DNA of 64,000 nt from Macrostomum lignano (lineage: Eukaryota): the NCBI GenBank assembly GCA_002269645.1, contig NIVC01000221.1:496001-560000 (forward strand), in the 5' to 3' direction. The notes beneath the pieces were generated by a model. It saw only the letters and a program-made list of their open reading frames with translations. It was not told the DNA's origin and ran no database searches. Positions 46,080-58,766 of this stretch are shown piece by piece; the stretch's first letter is position 1; each line of letters opens with the position of its first letter. Position numbers and translations under genes: made by a program.

Positions 46080-48263
46080 TGTTTCGTAGATTTCTTTTGA
46101 TCAACCAGCGATTTCTGTCGCAACCTACCACTTGCGTTGCATGATAAACAGTGAAATTAGCAGCTCATTGGCGTACCACTGCAGCCAATCAGAGATGCCA
46201 AGACACTGAGCCTTTGGGAATGATGTCCTCGCTACTTTGCCACCTATCTGTTCATCCGAGGAATGCTTGTCTTGTACTCAAGTGGTATACTGCTTTCTAT
46301 ATAGTTCCTCATTCAGCTAGTTCTAATTCGTCAATTCATATATTCACCTGTCAATCAAGCTGATGAAAAACTCTGTGATGCGTTGGATAGCTCAGAAACA
46401 ATGCAAAATACTTGCGGGGATAACTCTTTTTTGGTGAGCGGAGAACAAAATATGATTGCAAGCAGGCCCGGCGAAGCAGAATATATTTTGTCTGCAAGCC
46501 TAACTCAAGAGCAATGAGCCATGGATCCTGCTGGAACGTCACGAAGAATTATTGAGGCAGAACCTATTATCAAATCTTCGTTGTTCACACACTATATAAC
46601 CTCGTCGCCCATAGGGGTAGTGGACCAATTACTACAGTTATAGCCAATTCTAACCACAGACACTGAGGCATTACATTTACCTGCAGAAAATGAAGGAATT
46701 TTTTGATAACCTATCAAAAGAAATCACTGAGTGTTATCCGACCTGCGATGCACAGAATGGTGGACAGGAGTGAGAAACCGGTGCTGGTGCTGGCATCTCA
46801 AGGTTTGCAGATTGCGGATCTTTGGGTCTCCTCGCCAATGCCGACGCATCTCTTTTTGCTGCGACGATACGAGGTTCGACTGAGTTGAGGCGGCTCAGAG
46901 TTAACCGGTAATTCACCCCGACGATCTCACCTGGCTGTTCTTAACTGCCCAAGGCACCCAACAACACATGGACTACTGGTTGCTGTTGCAGCGAATATCG
47001 ACCTGGGGGTTAACACTGGGACACTGAGATTCTATGCTGAGTCGCTGACAAACAAGGCGACGTTAGAGAGGCGAAGTTTTGGTCTGGTTTTCTACGTTAT
47101 CCGAGGAGCGGCAGCATCGCTGCGGGCTTGGTTTGGCTGCCTTTTGTTTTGGTGAAGGCAGTCCTGCTTTTCGAGGCCCTATACCTGAATGTTAGAGGCG
47201 GGTGTTACACTTTACACTATCCGGGGTTTTTTGTTTGGCCCGGATATCCGAACGCACTTAAAATATCCGCCCGGATACTGCCAAGCAAAAAACCTGCTTT
47301 GTTTTCTCCTTCCCGGATATCTTGAGCTGCTTTGCATTGTCCAGGCACTTTGAGATGTCTCTCCCGGACATCCTACGGCACTGACTCTGCTATCCGGCCC
47401 GGAGATCACAAGAAGGGGAAATTTGTCTTAGGACATCCGACTGTAGGTTGAAAGAGAGGGGTCAGTCTGCGGAGACAGAGGTTTGCTTTAGGACATCCGG
47501 CAACTGATGTCCGGGGTTAGGAATAGAAAAATTTCGAAATCAATTTTCACAAAGTAGAAAAAACTTTTTGCTACTTTTTCAATAGGCAAACATCTGCGTC
47601 ATGCTTCTTTAACCGAGTGTATTTTCAATCACTATTTTGCATTTCACACACTCCAAACAGAAGTAAAATTAAAGCATTTATACTATATATTGTCAACCGA
47701 AAAACGGTTACTTGATTAACCAATCTACATGTAATTTGATCAATCAAAAACAGGCGATCCGCTGAATGAAGCGTGAAGTTTTCGCTCTTTTCTCTGATTT
47801 TTAGTTTTACGAGCGTAGATTATCTCTCTCTTTCGTACTGGAATTTTCTGGCAGCTCAACATACTCGTCCTTCAAAACATAAAAAAAACACTTGGTTCAG
47901 CGATACTTAAGCCATCGAGAGATAAATTTTCCTAAACGTAGAACTTCGACAAGAAATAAACTCTATATATCTTAAAAGTTAGGCGTAATATGTTCGTAAT
48001 TTGCGCAACACTTTCCTTTGTGGGCTATTAGCTCGTACACTGATCTTCATTGTACATATACTTTCCTTCAGACGCAATGAAGTTTAATTTAGGCCATTAT
48101 TCCACACTTTTGGAACTTTCCATAAACAAAAGAGTCAATCAGTATATTTTAACCAATAAGCAACGGATGCAAATACGAGAACTCGTATAACTGAAAAGAT
48201 ATCAGGGCCTCACGGCTAGTAGTCTATGGCCAAAACTGTGTCAAACAAGAAAAACATATACTA

Positions 48264-48488
48264 CACCTTTTCACGTTCATTTTTTATCAAAGTCCAGTTC
48301 TAAAAAAACTAGCGGAAATTCAATTCAGATAATTCAGACTTGGGCAACAAACCCCGGGTTCAAAACATTATGCAACCGAAGCAAGTTTTAGCCATAGACA
48401 AAATTGTCCCCAGTCTGAATCGTCTGAATTGAATTTCCGCTAGTTTTTTTATAACTGGAGTTTGTTCAAAATTGAACGTGAAAAGGTG
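48264..48488. mobile_element. Tc1/mariner-type MITE
   Basis: Imperfect inverted arms of about 80 bp starting CACCTTTTCACGTTCA, flanked by TA on both sides. Confidence 0.75.
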
Positions 48489-48767
48489 TAAAAGCTGCAT
48501 TCATCCATGCATTAAATAAACGTGAACACACATCCAGAACAGGAGCAATTAAATGTCACTGTCTATCAACGTTACTGCAGATGTCAAAGACGCCTATTAC
48601 TTACCCCCAAAATTAAATGTACAGTTTTCAAAGCAGCAATTTTCGAAAATACGGGACACTTGTGCCTGGGCGTTCATCACTGCAATAATTTAAAGCGAAA
48701 CTGTTTTTACACCAAAGGAACATTTATTCACCAACAAACATTATCTGATAAATAGACATTCATTTAG

Positions 48768-50133
48768 TTACTCAAACTTACCACTTGAAACTTGCACTTC
48801 ATTAGCCGGCTTGACTTCGACAGGTGAGATACCGTCGACACCTGTCTCAATGCACGGCATGTTTACGCCGTTCGATTGCTTGGGCACCTCGATAGGACGA
48901 TCTAAGGCCGCGCTTACAGCCGTCGACGCTTCAAAAACTGCGCGGTCGCGCTTCCTTGATAGATATCGGCGCACCGTTTTTTCGCTCTTCTGACCGGTGA
49001 TGCACATGATATCATTCATTCCATGGCCAGTCTCGTGCAAGTCCGCGATTCGCGTCACCCGTATACAATGATTTGTATACTCTCGAGATAGATTGCATTG
49101 CTTGCTAAGCCGTTTCATCAATGAGGTGAACCAATCGATGCCTCGTACCTGCTGAGATGAAAAACGCAAACAACCCGTTGTCTTGTCATTCGGTAGTGCT
49201 CTTGGGAACAAGCAGTCGTCCTTGCGATCCGATGGGAGCAGCGAAATGTATTTATTGACCAGGTCCCGCTGCTTCCCATACAGCCTAGCTTGCTTCGGGC
49301 GGTCGTCCTTACAACGCGTAGGATCGGAATTTTGATTCTTCGTAGGCAGTATTGGAAGCGACATATAGGGTCTGCCATCAGCATCCACCTTCGTCAACAG
49401 ACTGCTTGCTGCCTTCAATGCCGGCAGGTGCTCTTGCCCACGCTCTCCAAAAACGTACAAAATGGTGAACAATACCTCATCCTGCAACTTCTCAGCGGTA
49501 CTTCCGTCTGCTCATCAATGCTCGCAACTTTGTTAGATCAGCTTCCTCGATAGCTTCAAATTGCTTGGTAACGCCTCCAGCATTGTGGAATTCCCTCACC
49601 TTCACTCTTAGCATGCGATTGGAGCTCGCAAACTCTTCTCCGTCAATGAAGTTGATAGAGCGCTTCAGAATTAGGTTAAAGTACCGGTGTATCCCAGCTC
49701 TAATGCACACAAGACTTGATGGCGAATACTTTTCACCGTTCGTCCTCTGCAGACCGAAATAATAATAGCGCAAGTACTCATTCAGCTTCCACACTTCCAT
49801 CGTCACAGGCGACTCCTCGGTTGTCTCAGAGAGAAACTTTACGAAAGCCTGCCCATGCCGATTCATCTGGTCCACCGTTGACTTTGGCAGTGACTGAATT
49901 TCTACCCCATCCATTCTCGAACTTAGGTCCATGTCGTCGCCCGCCACCTCCGGAAGTTCGGGCAGTTCATCAGTGCCATGATCGTTCTCAAGCCACTTAA
50001 TGAAATCACTCAGGGCCTGGTCATCGTGATGTTCTCCATGCATGCTTATCTCCGACAAAAGTTGCAGCTCGTCCATCTTGACACCATTGAGCGAGTCGAC
50101 CGGAAGATTTTTCCAATTGATAAGCGCAGGCAT
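48768..50133 (-). pseudogene. Crypton-like tyrosine recombinase, frameshifted near 49510
   Basis: YSPSSL..IRAGI.RYF, LQDEV.F....FGERGQE, YTNHCIR, ITGQKS...RY. Confidence 0.82.
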
Positions 50134-50370
50134 TTTGAAGCTACAAAAACGCGTCCCTTAATATGTCAAGAGTGATTAGAAATGGACATCAATTTTGCAA
50201 GTTTTCTGTCTATGGTCCAAGTAACCTCTGCAGACAACATAGCGAGCAACGTTTAGTCTATGGTCAAGAGAAAAGTGTGGAATAATGACCGCGACAAAAG
50301 TGTGGAATAATGGCCGCAAAAGTGTGGAATAATGACTGCGCGCTGAGTGAAAGTATAAATACAATGCACT

Positions 50371-50579
50371 TGTATAGTATGCAACTGAGTTGAATAATGG
50401 CCAAAACACGAGTGCGCTACGTGCGTAGTGCAGTATTGGAGTATTGCAGTATTGCAGTATGGTAGATTGTATAGTATGCAACTAAGTTGAATAATGGCCA
50501 AAACACGAGTGCGCTACGTGCGTAGTGCACTCGTGTTTTGGCCATTATTCAACTCAGTTGCATACTATACAATCTACCA
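50371..50579. repeat. Direct repeat plus long hairpin, probable Crypton terminus
   Basis: 62-bp direct repeat (50371-50432, 50468-50529); arms of about 54 bp at 50460-50512 and 50527-50579 with one mismatch. Confidence 0.75.
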
Positions 50580-51097
50580 TTGCACGCACGCTTGTAGTGC
50601 TAGCAATCTGACACCAGTCCATTATCGATTTATTCTTAGATTGCATCTCATCTGCCCTCCCCTGTCTAAGGTGCAGTCAGGGCCCTTCCCTGGCCTTTGA
50701 GTCAGCTCCATTCTCTCGAAATGATGTCCTGCCCCATTCACATGCGCTTTATCAGGAAAATAACTTGACCACCTTGCCACCCAAATCTTTATTCAACCGG
50801 ACAATTTAAGACCCAGGAGATTTCAAAGCCCGATTTTGTTGTGCCTTGGATTATCCAGGGTAGGTTATCGCAAAGTGACAATCATTTTGCTTTGCGATGT
50901 CCCCCGGAAAAATTAAGACCCCGAAGAACAGAAAGCCTAACACCGGCGTTAAGACGGCAAAAACAGGGTGATTCCTATTAGCATGAAAGGGAAAAAAGAC
51001 AATACGAACAATGCAAAAAACAGGAAAATTAAAAAAAACTCATCAGAAAAATTGCAAAACCTAACAACGTCTAATTCTCTAGCAAAGGTTTCGCAAA

Positions 51098-54000
51098 CTA
51101 ACCTGCAGATATTGGACACAACTTTGTTATTGGTCTCGTCATTGTGCGATCACCGACTCTGATTGAGGCGACTCTCACGTGCCCGTCAGGACCGCGCATG
51201 ACGTCCAGCACGCGAGCCAGCGGCCAGTGACCCCGAGGCGAGTCCGGGCTCACCAGCAGCGCTACGTCTCCGGGTTGTAAGTCAGGCAGCTCGCGGCGCC
51301 ACTTGCTCCGCGGTGCGAGTCCCGGCAGCCACTCGCGCAACCACCGGCGCCAGATCTGCGACACCAGCTACTGAACGTGACGCCATCTTCTTGAAGGGCT
51401 GCGGGCGATGGCAGCGTCGACCTCCGGTGCAAACATCCCGCCGACTTGCCCGATGAGGAAGTGATTCGGCGTCAGTGGCACATCATCATCAACACTCGGA
51501 TGCGCCGTCTGGTACGTCAGCGGCCTTGAATTCAGAAGTGCCTCCGCTCCAGCAAACGCGCTTAGCAGCTCCTCATCCGTGACATCCGTCTCTCTCAGAA
51601 TTGACTGCCAAAGCTCCTGCATCAGAATCTTCGCCTGCACGACAAACGGGGAGATCAGTCCAAGTGGATCAAAGACACTCGCTAGCTTTGTTAGCAGACT
51701 CCTTCTTGTGGTCACCTGATACGACTCGTTTTCGTCTTTAAAAGTAAATTCGTCCTGCTCACTCTGCCACGTGATACGCAGCGTCTTGGTACTCGGTAGT
51801 TCTTTGCTATCCAAGGTAACTTCTGCTGCGCGGTCCTCAGGTGGGATTCTATCGAGCACAGCTCTCGAGTTCGAGACCCATTTGCGCGCGTGCATGCCGG
51901 CGCGCCTCCAGAGCTCACTGAGTTGATCGTACAGCCTGCAGGCGGCTGCCTCGGTGGGCGCAGAGTCCAGGCTGTCATCCATATAGGTAGAGTGCAGTAC
52001 TATCTCGGCCGCCTCTGGAAGCTCACCTTTTAACTTTTCAGCATGGCAGCGGGTAACGAACTGTGCCAAGAAAGGAGAACTGGTGACGCCGAACACCACT
52101 CTGTTGAACTCGTAGACATTCGGCTGCTTTGAAGGATCGGCGTCCCGCCAAAGGAAACTGTGCAGCGGCCTGTCCTTCGGGTCCATCTCGATCTGGAGAT
52201 ACATTTCCGCTACGTCGCATGCGATCGCAATCGGGTGTCGGCGGAACCGAAGCAGCACGTCAACCAAATCTCTCTGCAGTTTGGGGCCCTGGAGGATCTG
52301 GTCGTTCAATCTGGCAGCCGATGCATCAAAGACTATCCGCACTTTTGTTGTAGCCTTGTCTGGCCGCAGCACTGGGAAGTGCGGCAGGAAACAGCGGCCT
52401 TCAGTCTCAGCTTGCGACACTTTTCGGATATAACCTTGCTGTTCATACTTTTCAAGGATTTCCTGATACTGCTTGCAGACGTGCATATCCTTAATCAGCC
52501 GCTGTTCGGTGTTCTTTAGTCGCTTCAAGGCCATTGAGAAAGTGCCTGCTGGAGCCAGCCGATCCTTTTTCCATGGAATCCCGATCTGGTAACGGCCCTT
52601 ACTTTAGCAACGACTTGGCTTGCTGGACGGCTCTCTCCTCATCAGCGGTCAGCGGACTTCGATTGGCACCTTCTGAGACGTTCTCGATCTCCCAAAACTG
52701 CCGCAGGATCTTAGCCACCTGACCAGATTCGGAATCGCAGCTGAAGAAAGTGGCAGCGAAATGGGCGTTCTGCATCTCAGAATTGTCCTGCTCTGTGCGA
52801 CCGATGCACGTCCAACCCAGGGGAGTCAGGCGCGCCTTTGGCTCCAGCGGCTGTCCGACGATTTCCTTGAGAGACATGTGAAGGTCCGGGTGATCAGCAC
52901 GAATCAGCAAGTCCACTACTGCAGGCTCACACAGCTTCGGAAACGGCACATTTCTCAGATGAGGCCACTGCTGCGCTTCTTCGTGCCAGTCGACGCCTTT
53001 GAGGGACCCGGTCACGTGATCAGCGGTGAAGGCGACGATCATTGAGCTGGTCTGACCATCCAGACTTTCCAAGCTAAAGCAGACTGGGGCTGTCATGAAG
53101 GTCTCTTTTTGGCCATTGATGACTCCGACTTTCACCTTTTCGAGCGCTCCATGCACTCCAAGCGCTTCTGCTATCCCGATGTTGACGTAGCTCCTGGTAC
53201 TGGCATCGTCGAGCAAGGCGTTCACCTTCAGCTTCCGGGACCCGTTCCGTATGACTACAGGCACCGTTCGTAACGAGATTGCCATTTCACCAGCCGACAG
53301 AAGCGTCACCGGTCCAGTCTTTCCTGAACTGGAAGCGGATTTAGCGTCCTTGGATGCAGTCTGCTTCGCTTCACCAGACTTGGCCAACACTTTTTCTGCA
53401 TGAAGCAGGCGATGATGGAACTTTATGCAGCTGTTGATGCCGCACCGACGACCGGTTGCCAAGGCTGCCAAGATGTCCTTGGCCCAAGCACCGGAAACAA
53501 CACTTCGAGCTCTGCGCCACGTCCCAGCGTTTTTCCACCGGAAGCTCCTTGAACTCACTGCAGGACCACAGCTCGTGATCACCTTGACAAACAATGCAAA
53601 TCTTTCGCTGTACCTTCTTGTCACTGTCCGTATAGTAGTAACGAAAGTCTTTGGTCACTGCTCTCGCTTTTGACGCTCCTGCTGCATGGTGGCAACGCCC
53701 TGCACAATCTCTGACGCTTCAGTCTGAAACTCTGCTTCTTGCAGCACCCAAATTCTCAGATTTCTAACACTCTCCGGCTTCCGCTGCTCAAAGATCCACC
53801 TCCGGTAGCTGGCAACCATCTGCTCAAGCAACTTTTTCTGCAGCCTCACATACAACATCCCATCTTGAAGCTCTGCCTCTTTACCCGCGTCCTCAAGGTT
53901 AACGACAGCCACATCAAGTAGATAAGCAAAGCTTTTCAGATCCTTGGCGTTTCCATTTCGCACGATCGGGAAGCTGTCCAGCTCTTCCAAGTGCAGAGCA

Positions 54001-54773
54001 AGTTGCCTACGCTGTCCACCAAATTCTCTCTCTAATCTCTCTTTTGCAGCTTCAAATGCCGCAGCAGAGTGTCCTAGATGTTCTATAACCTTCAAAGCTT
54101 CACCGCTGAGGTACTGCCTAAGCTGCAGCAACTTGAATTCTGGTGTTGCAGGGGCGCTGTCGATGCACGCAACAAAGGCTGCCTTCCAGTTTTCATACTT
54201 CTGCTTTTCTCCACTAAACGTTGGGATTTCAACACGCTTCAGCATCTTCCACAAATCCTTTGAAAGCTCCTTCGGGTTGGATCCTTTGCTGGACGCAGCA
54301 CTGCCAGAAAGTTTGTGTAACTCACCAGCTGCTTCTTCTTGGTCAACCGCAGCGTTCTCACCGCTTGAGCTCGCGGCAGGAGCTTCTTGGGCGCGCAGCA
54401 ATCTCCGGTTTCTGGCGCTTTCGACGCGCTGCGTGGTAGCTTGGTAGTCGCGCTCCGTCTTCTCCATTTCGTCTAGTAGGCGCTGTCGCCTCTCGTTGTC
54501 CTTGGCGTCGGCGTAGCCTTGATGCAGTTCTTCCTGGATGGCGCTGACCAGATCTTGCAGGTCTGACAGAGCGTCACAGGCAACTTGCACTTCGTCATCA
54601 GAGGCGTGCGTCTTTAACAGCCAAGACAGCTTGTTTTTGCAACGAGTGAACGTTGCTTTTTTTCGGGATTTCTTGAAGCGCAGCTTCTCTAAACGTAGGG
54701 CGCCGGCATCGTCTTGGGCTTCCTGCTGTTGTTCATTGGCGTCGGCACTGTCCATCCTGGTCCTTCGTTTCAC
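51098..54773 (-). mobile_element. BEL/Pao retrotransposon internal region (gag, protease, RT, integrase tail), internally deleted
   Basis: Gag IPTFSG...YENWKAAF, zinc knuckles, protease ALLDDAS, RT FLPHFPV, VFDASA, FGVTSSPF, YMDD; LWQS fused to the integrase tail; WPLARV...GPDGHVRV. Confidence 0.93.
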
Positions 54774-54820
54774 AGTAGGGTTCTATTGCTTGCCACGTCA
54801 GTGGTAAGTTAAGCTTGTCC

Positions 54821-54838
54821 AACCACGCTCTGCTACCA
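54821..54838 (-). promoter_or_regulatory. Primer binding site complementary to the tRNA-iMet 3' end
   Basis: TGGTAGCAGAGCGTGGTT just upstream of gag. Confidence 0.8.
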
Positions 54839-54842
54839 AAAA

Positions 54843-55238
54843 TGTACTGTAGAAATGAAGAGACCGATGGTCCGCCAAACTATTTTGGAGCTGAGGCTCA
54901 AGCGAGACGCTAACAAAACGAAAACCATAAACCGTACACAGGGCTAATAAGCCCTCTCGATGATATATATATTTACTGCAGTCAGTCAGAATCGGCCAGC
55001 GTGGAGGGGGGTGGGTGAGATGGGCCTGGGCTAAATCAGCGTACATAGAAAATTGAATAATAAACACGTACGTACATTAAATCACGCAGTGCAATTGGAA
55101 AGAAAATCAATGCTACTAATCTACCTCCCAAACAGGCGTTGTTCCAGACGGCGATCGAGACTGTAGAGGTTTTACAACCACCAGACCTGGACGCTGACAG
55201 ACACACTCAAACAGCAATTTGAAGAGACGCACACTAGC
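54843..55238 (-). mobile_element. Putative LTR of the BEL/Pao element
   Basis: Lies just upstream of the PBS; begins TGCTAG after a purine tract GAAGGCGGGGGCA, ends near ...GTACA, TATA-like TAAATATATA; no second copy seen. Confidence 0.5.
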
Positions 55239-55348
55239 ATGCCCCCGCCTTCAAGATCGGTGACGAGCGAGAAACCAACGCGGCATTGCATCGCTGCATC
55301 ACCGATTGAAACTGCTTGTAGCAATCAAGCATTTTGAAGACAATATCG

Positions 55349-55600
55349 GCCCAGGCTCGATTCCAAGTTCAACCCAACAAGACCAACCCACAAGGCACAG
55401 TGAAGTCCATTTGCCAAACGTTAATAAACTTATGGTCGCTGTATCCTCCTGTGTGAGTGTGTGCCTGTGCGTATGACTGCGTACGCATCCGCACGTTTGT
55501 GTGCCTGCTCAGGAGAGTAGGTGGAATGGGCAGTAATGGGTGTTAAATGACCATGTCGCCTAAAGTGTGCTTGGGAACACTAGCATCGACTCTAATAAAA
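55349..55600 (+). mobile_element. 5'-truncated, diverged copy of the 1253-1612 SINE family
   Basis: CCCAGGCTCGATTCCAAGT, CAAGGC.CAGTGAAGT, GCCTGCTCAGG.GAGT.GG.GGAATGGGCA, CTCTAATAAAA shared. Confidence 0.8.
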
Positions 55601-56239
55601 TATAAATCTTATAGCTACCTACTTTTAGTAGGATAGAAAACTTTGGTCTACACAGCCACTAGAACAATATTGCCAGTCATGTGCTTGGGTAAGTGGTGAT
55701 TGTTTTGTGGTTAGCTCAATAGAGGGGAGGGGGTGAGGTGCAGAGTAGCGCATCTGACTCCAGAACCTCCATTTCTCCCCAACACACTTCAGCAGTGCTC
55801 GTAACGAGATGTTCCGGTCGCTGGATTCTCAGCATTCACTCATCCACAGCGCGTCTGATAAACACGTTAACGGCAAGAGCAAATGCTTCGGCAAGTTCTG
55901 CAAAGGCTTCACTCTCCAGAATGTCAAATAAGAAGTGGGTTGAGAGAGGAGGAGAGGATTCATGAGAAAAGAGATGACAGAGAACATAGGAGAGATTAGA
56001 AAGAGAGGGGAGAAATGGGAGATAAGACGATCGAGATGAAAGGAAAGAAGAGGGGAGAGAGGAGAGCAGGAGCGGGCTATTGTGTAATTTATGTCTCACT
56101 CAAGTCTTTCAAGTCTACTACTAGGTAGGTAGAAAAGTAGAATTGGAGATTGTAAACACGGGAAATTTTGATACTTTCTTAAGCTTACGTAAGGCTGATG
56201 ACGGCTTTGAAAAGTCGTATTTGAAACGAAAAGTTGCAT

Positions 56240-56640
56240 GTCTATGGTCATAAATCTGTAAATATCTTTACTTTAGTCTATCCTAAGTTGCTTTCGAGAA
56301 AGACCCACCTTCGATAAAGTTTAACTTGACTTGGCTTGACTAAAGCTTCACGTACTATGCGATTAGTGCTCAAGTGCGTCTTACGACTGATACCGAGCAG
56401 TCGTAGGGTTAAGATCAACCTTACGAAAGACCATAGACATACGAACGTTTCGAAAAACAGTCTTTTGCGCAAAGTTACGAACTCGTAAAGTTGCGATCAA
56501 TCTTAACGCATAGCTAACTTGCGAGCCCTTCGAGCAACCCGTAAGTGTAGCTTACCCAACTTACGTCTATGGTCTATCGTAAGTTGCTTTCGAGAAAGAT
56601 CCCCCTGAACATTAAGTTAGCGCACGAGTGTCTATGGTCC
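56240..56640. mobile_element. MITE-like remnant (possibly PIF/Harbinger)
   Basis: TAAGTTGCTTTCGAGAAAGA repeated at about 56285 and 56580; GTCTATGGTC motifs in both orientations. Confidence 0.45.
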
Positions 56641-56947
56641 TTGCCGCATGGATTTGCATGGTGTACTTTCTAGCATTGTTTAGTTTATTTAACCTGCAGA
56701 TATGACGGTTTACACTAAATTCCTAGGCTCCTTCTTTTCTAGTGGAACGATAGTCTACGGCCAAACCTCACTAAAAAACGAATCCTGAGAACTCAAAACG
56801 AGGCCTGTTAACCGGTTAACAGGCCTAAGAACAAGGCCTGAGAACATTTTAGAACGACTATAATTCGTCAGTTAGTCCATTAGAAGTATCAACTATCAAC
56901 AGCAGTAACGACCGATTCATTCTTGCCGATTTACTCGAACATGATTT

Positions 56948-57450
56948 CTACGGTGTTGGTGTCACAGTCATGCGCATCTTCTTGGTAGTACCCTCAGACA
57001 CGACATCTTGCTCATTGGTCCGCCCATTGGACTCCATGGCTCCTCCGGCGTGTAGAGCGTAGGTCATACGCGAATGATCCTGGACGTCTAGCCGTATGTA
57101 CCTCTCAATTGCGTTGGACGAATGTCCAGTGACGCGGGCTATATCGTCCCTAGCCAGTCCAGCCCGATGCAACCTGCTGGCACAAGTCTTCCTTAGAGAC
57201 TGGTTGGAGAATTTACCATCCGTAGACACGGGCTTGGTGATATTTTCTCTGCCATAGGAACCAAAAGAACAGACAAAGATTATATACAAGAAGCCAATTA
57301 GCTCGTAGCAGTGCGTGAGCAGACTCGGTGTGATGACAATTTCCTCTCTGCAAATCCATAGATTGATGATTTCGTCTGGTGGAATCTCCAGCTCCATTTG
57401 CACGGCGGAAGTAACTTTTCTGAGTTTAATTGCTAAAAAATGTCTGCAAA
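56948..57450 (-). pseudogene. 3' fragment of a second Crypton-like tyrosine recombinase, probably spliced
   Basis: KFSNQSLRKTCASRL..AG....IARVTGHSS.AIERY; polypyrimidine-AG acceptors near 57447 and 57251. Confidence 0.7.
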
Positions 57451-57889
57451 AAACAAAAACACAAGTCAACATTGAACTCCGTTGTCTGAATAATTTTAAC
57501 ATATTTTATATTTGTAATTTGTTCTGAATGACACAGAGGCTGAAAAAAAATCTGCCGGCAAACGTTACGATTTTTTATATTTTTTTATCAAATCGTGAAA
57601 CAGTGGGTTTTGGTTTTACTCGTAAAGCTTTTAAAAATTAGCCTTCAATTTATTGTCGATGTCAACTGTGACGTTGCCAGTTTAAGGTGGTCCCGAAAAG
57701 GGCCGTTGGACTGCTGTTTCTCCATAGTTTCAACCCTTCAGTTTCACCGTTTCAACTAAACTTTTCCATTTGTTTATTGCGACGTTTACTTGTAGTAGTG
57801 CCCAACGATTTTGTGACAATTTCTAATTCACTGTATATTTTGCTATCCTCTCTCGCGACCGTATAAAATTGGCACGATCGATAATTTTA

Positions 57890-58400
57890 AGTTCTCTCGC
57901 CAGCCAATGAAAACCACTCGTGCTTCGCGCTACCCCCCTCTGCGCTCCTTTATTAAACCCCCGCCTGGCGGCAGGCACTCCTCACTTCTCTTTCTTATCT
58001 GTTCTTCCGTCCCTTTTTGCGTTCTTGTCTGGCTGCCTCGAGCCTCCTTATTTCTCGCCACGGCCCCTCTGTCTGGGCCGGCCTACTCACACACTTACTT
58101 GACTGTCTCACGCCACGGCTAACGCCAATCTCGCCACTGCTATTCACTGCCTTCACTGTGCTCATTGCCATTGCTCATCACGTTACATCGCCATTGCACC
58201 GTTCGCCTGTCACTTGACTATCCAATTTATCTTCAAAGAAACCATTGTTGCAGCCGCCAGTGCCCAGAAAGCTATAGTTTGTTTATTGACATAAATTCTA
58301 ACCAAGCCTAATATTGATACTACCAATAAAACCAACTACGGCAGTCCCTGCCTTTATCGCCAAGTGCTCCGCTACAAAATCCGCTTTACAAGAATTGACT
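57890..58400. repeat. Dispersed LTR-like repeat, related to 9905-10409
   Basis: Shared colinear motifs, see 9905. Confidence 0.4.
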
Positions 58401-58557
58401 TCAACTTATTTTGGGACTAAAACGGCCCTTTTAAGGGTCATCGCATAGCTAGCCGCTACGTCAATAACGTGACATCAACTAAGGGCTTAAATTTAATTGG
58501 CTAATCTTTAGCTGGTCGAAAAGGCTTCTAGAAACGCCCAAAATCAAAGCGCAAGCT

Positions 58558-58589
58558 AACCAACTAACTAACTAACTAACTAACTAACT

Positions 58590-58680
<91 letters not shown>

Positions 58681-58725
58681 CTATAACTAACTAAATAAAT
58701 AACTATAACTAACTAACTAACTAAA
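58558..58725. repeat. Compound (AACT)n/(AAAT)n microsatellite
   Basis: Direct reading. Confidence 0.97.
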
Positions 58726-58766
58726 TAGATTTTTATCTAATGCTTGATTCGATGCGACGGAGAAAC

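Noticed and set aside
46400-46520. YDC...YFVCK resembling a C-type lectin end
   Set aside because: Too short; lacks WIGL/WND motifs and splice support
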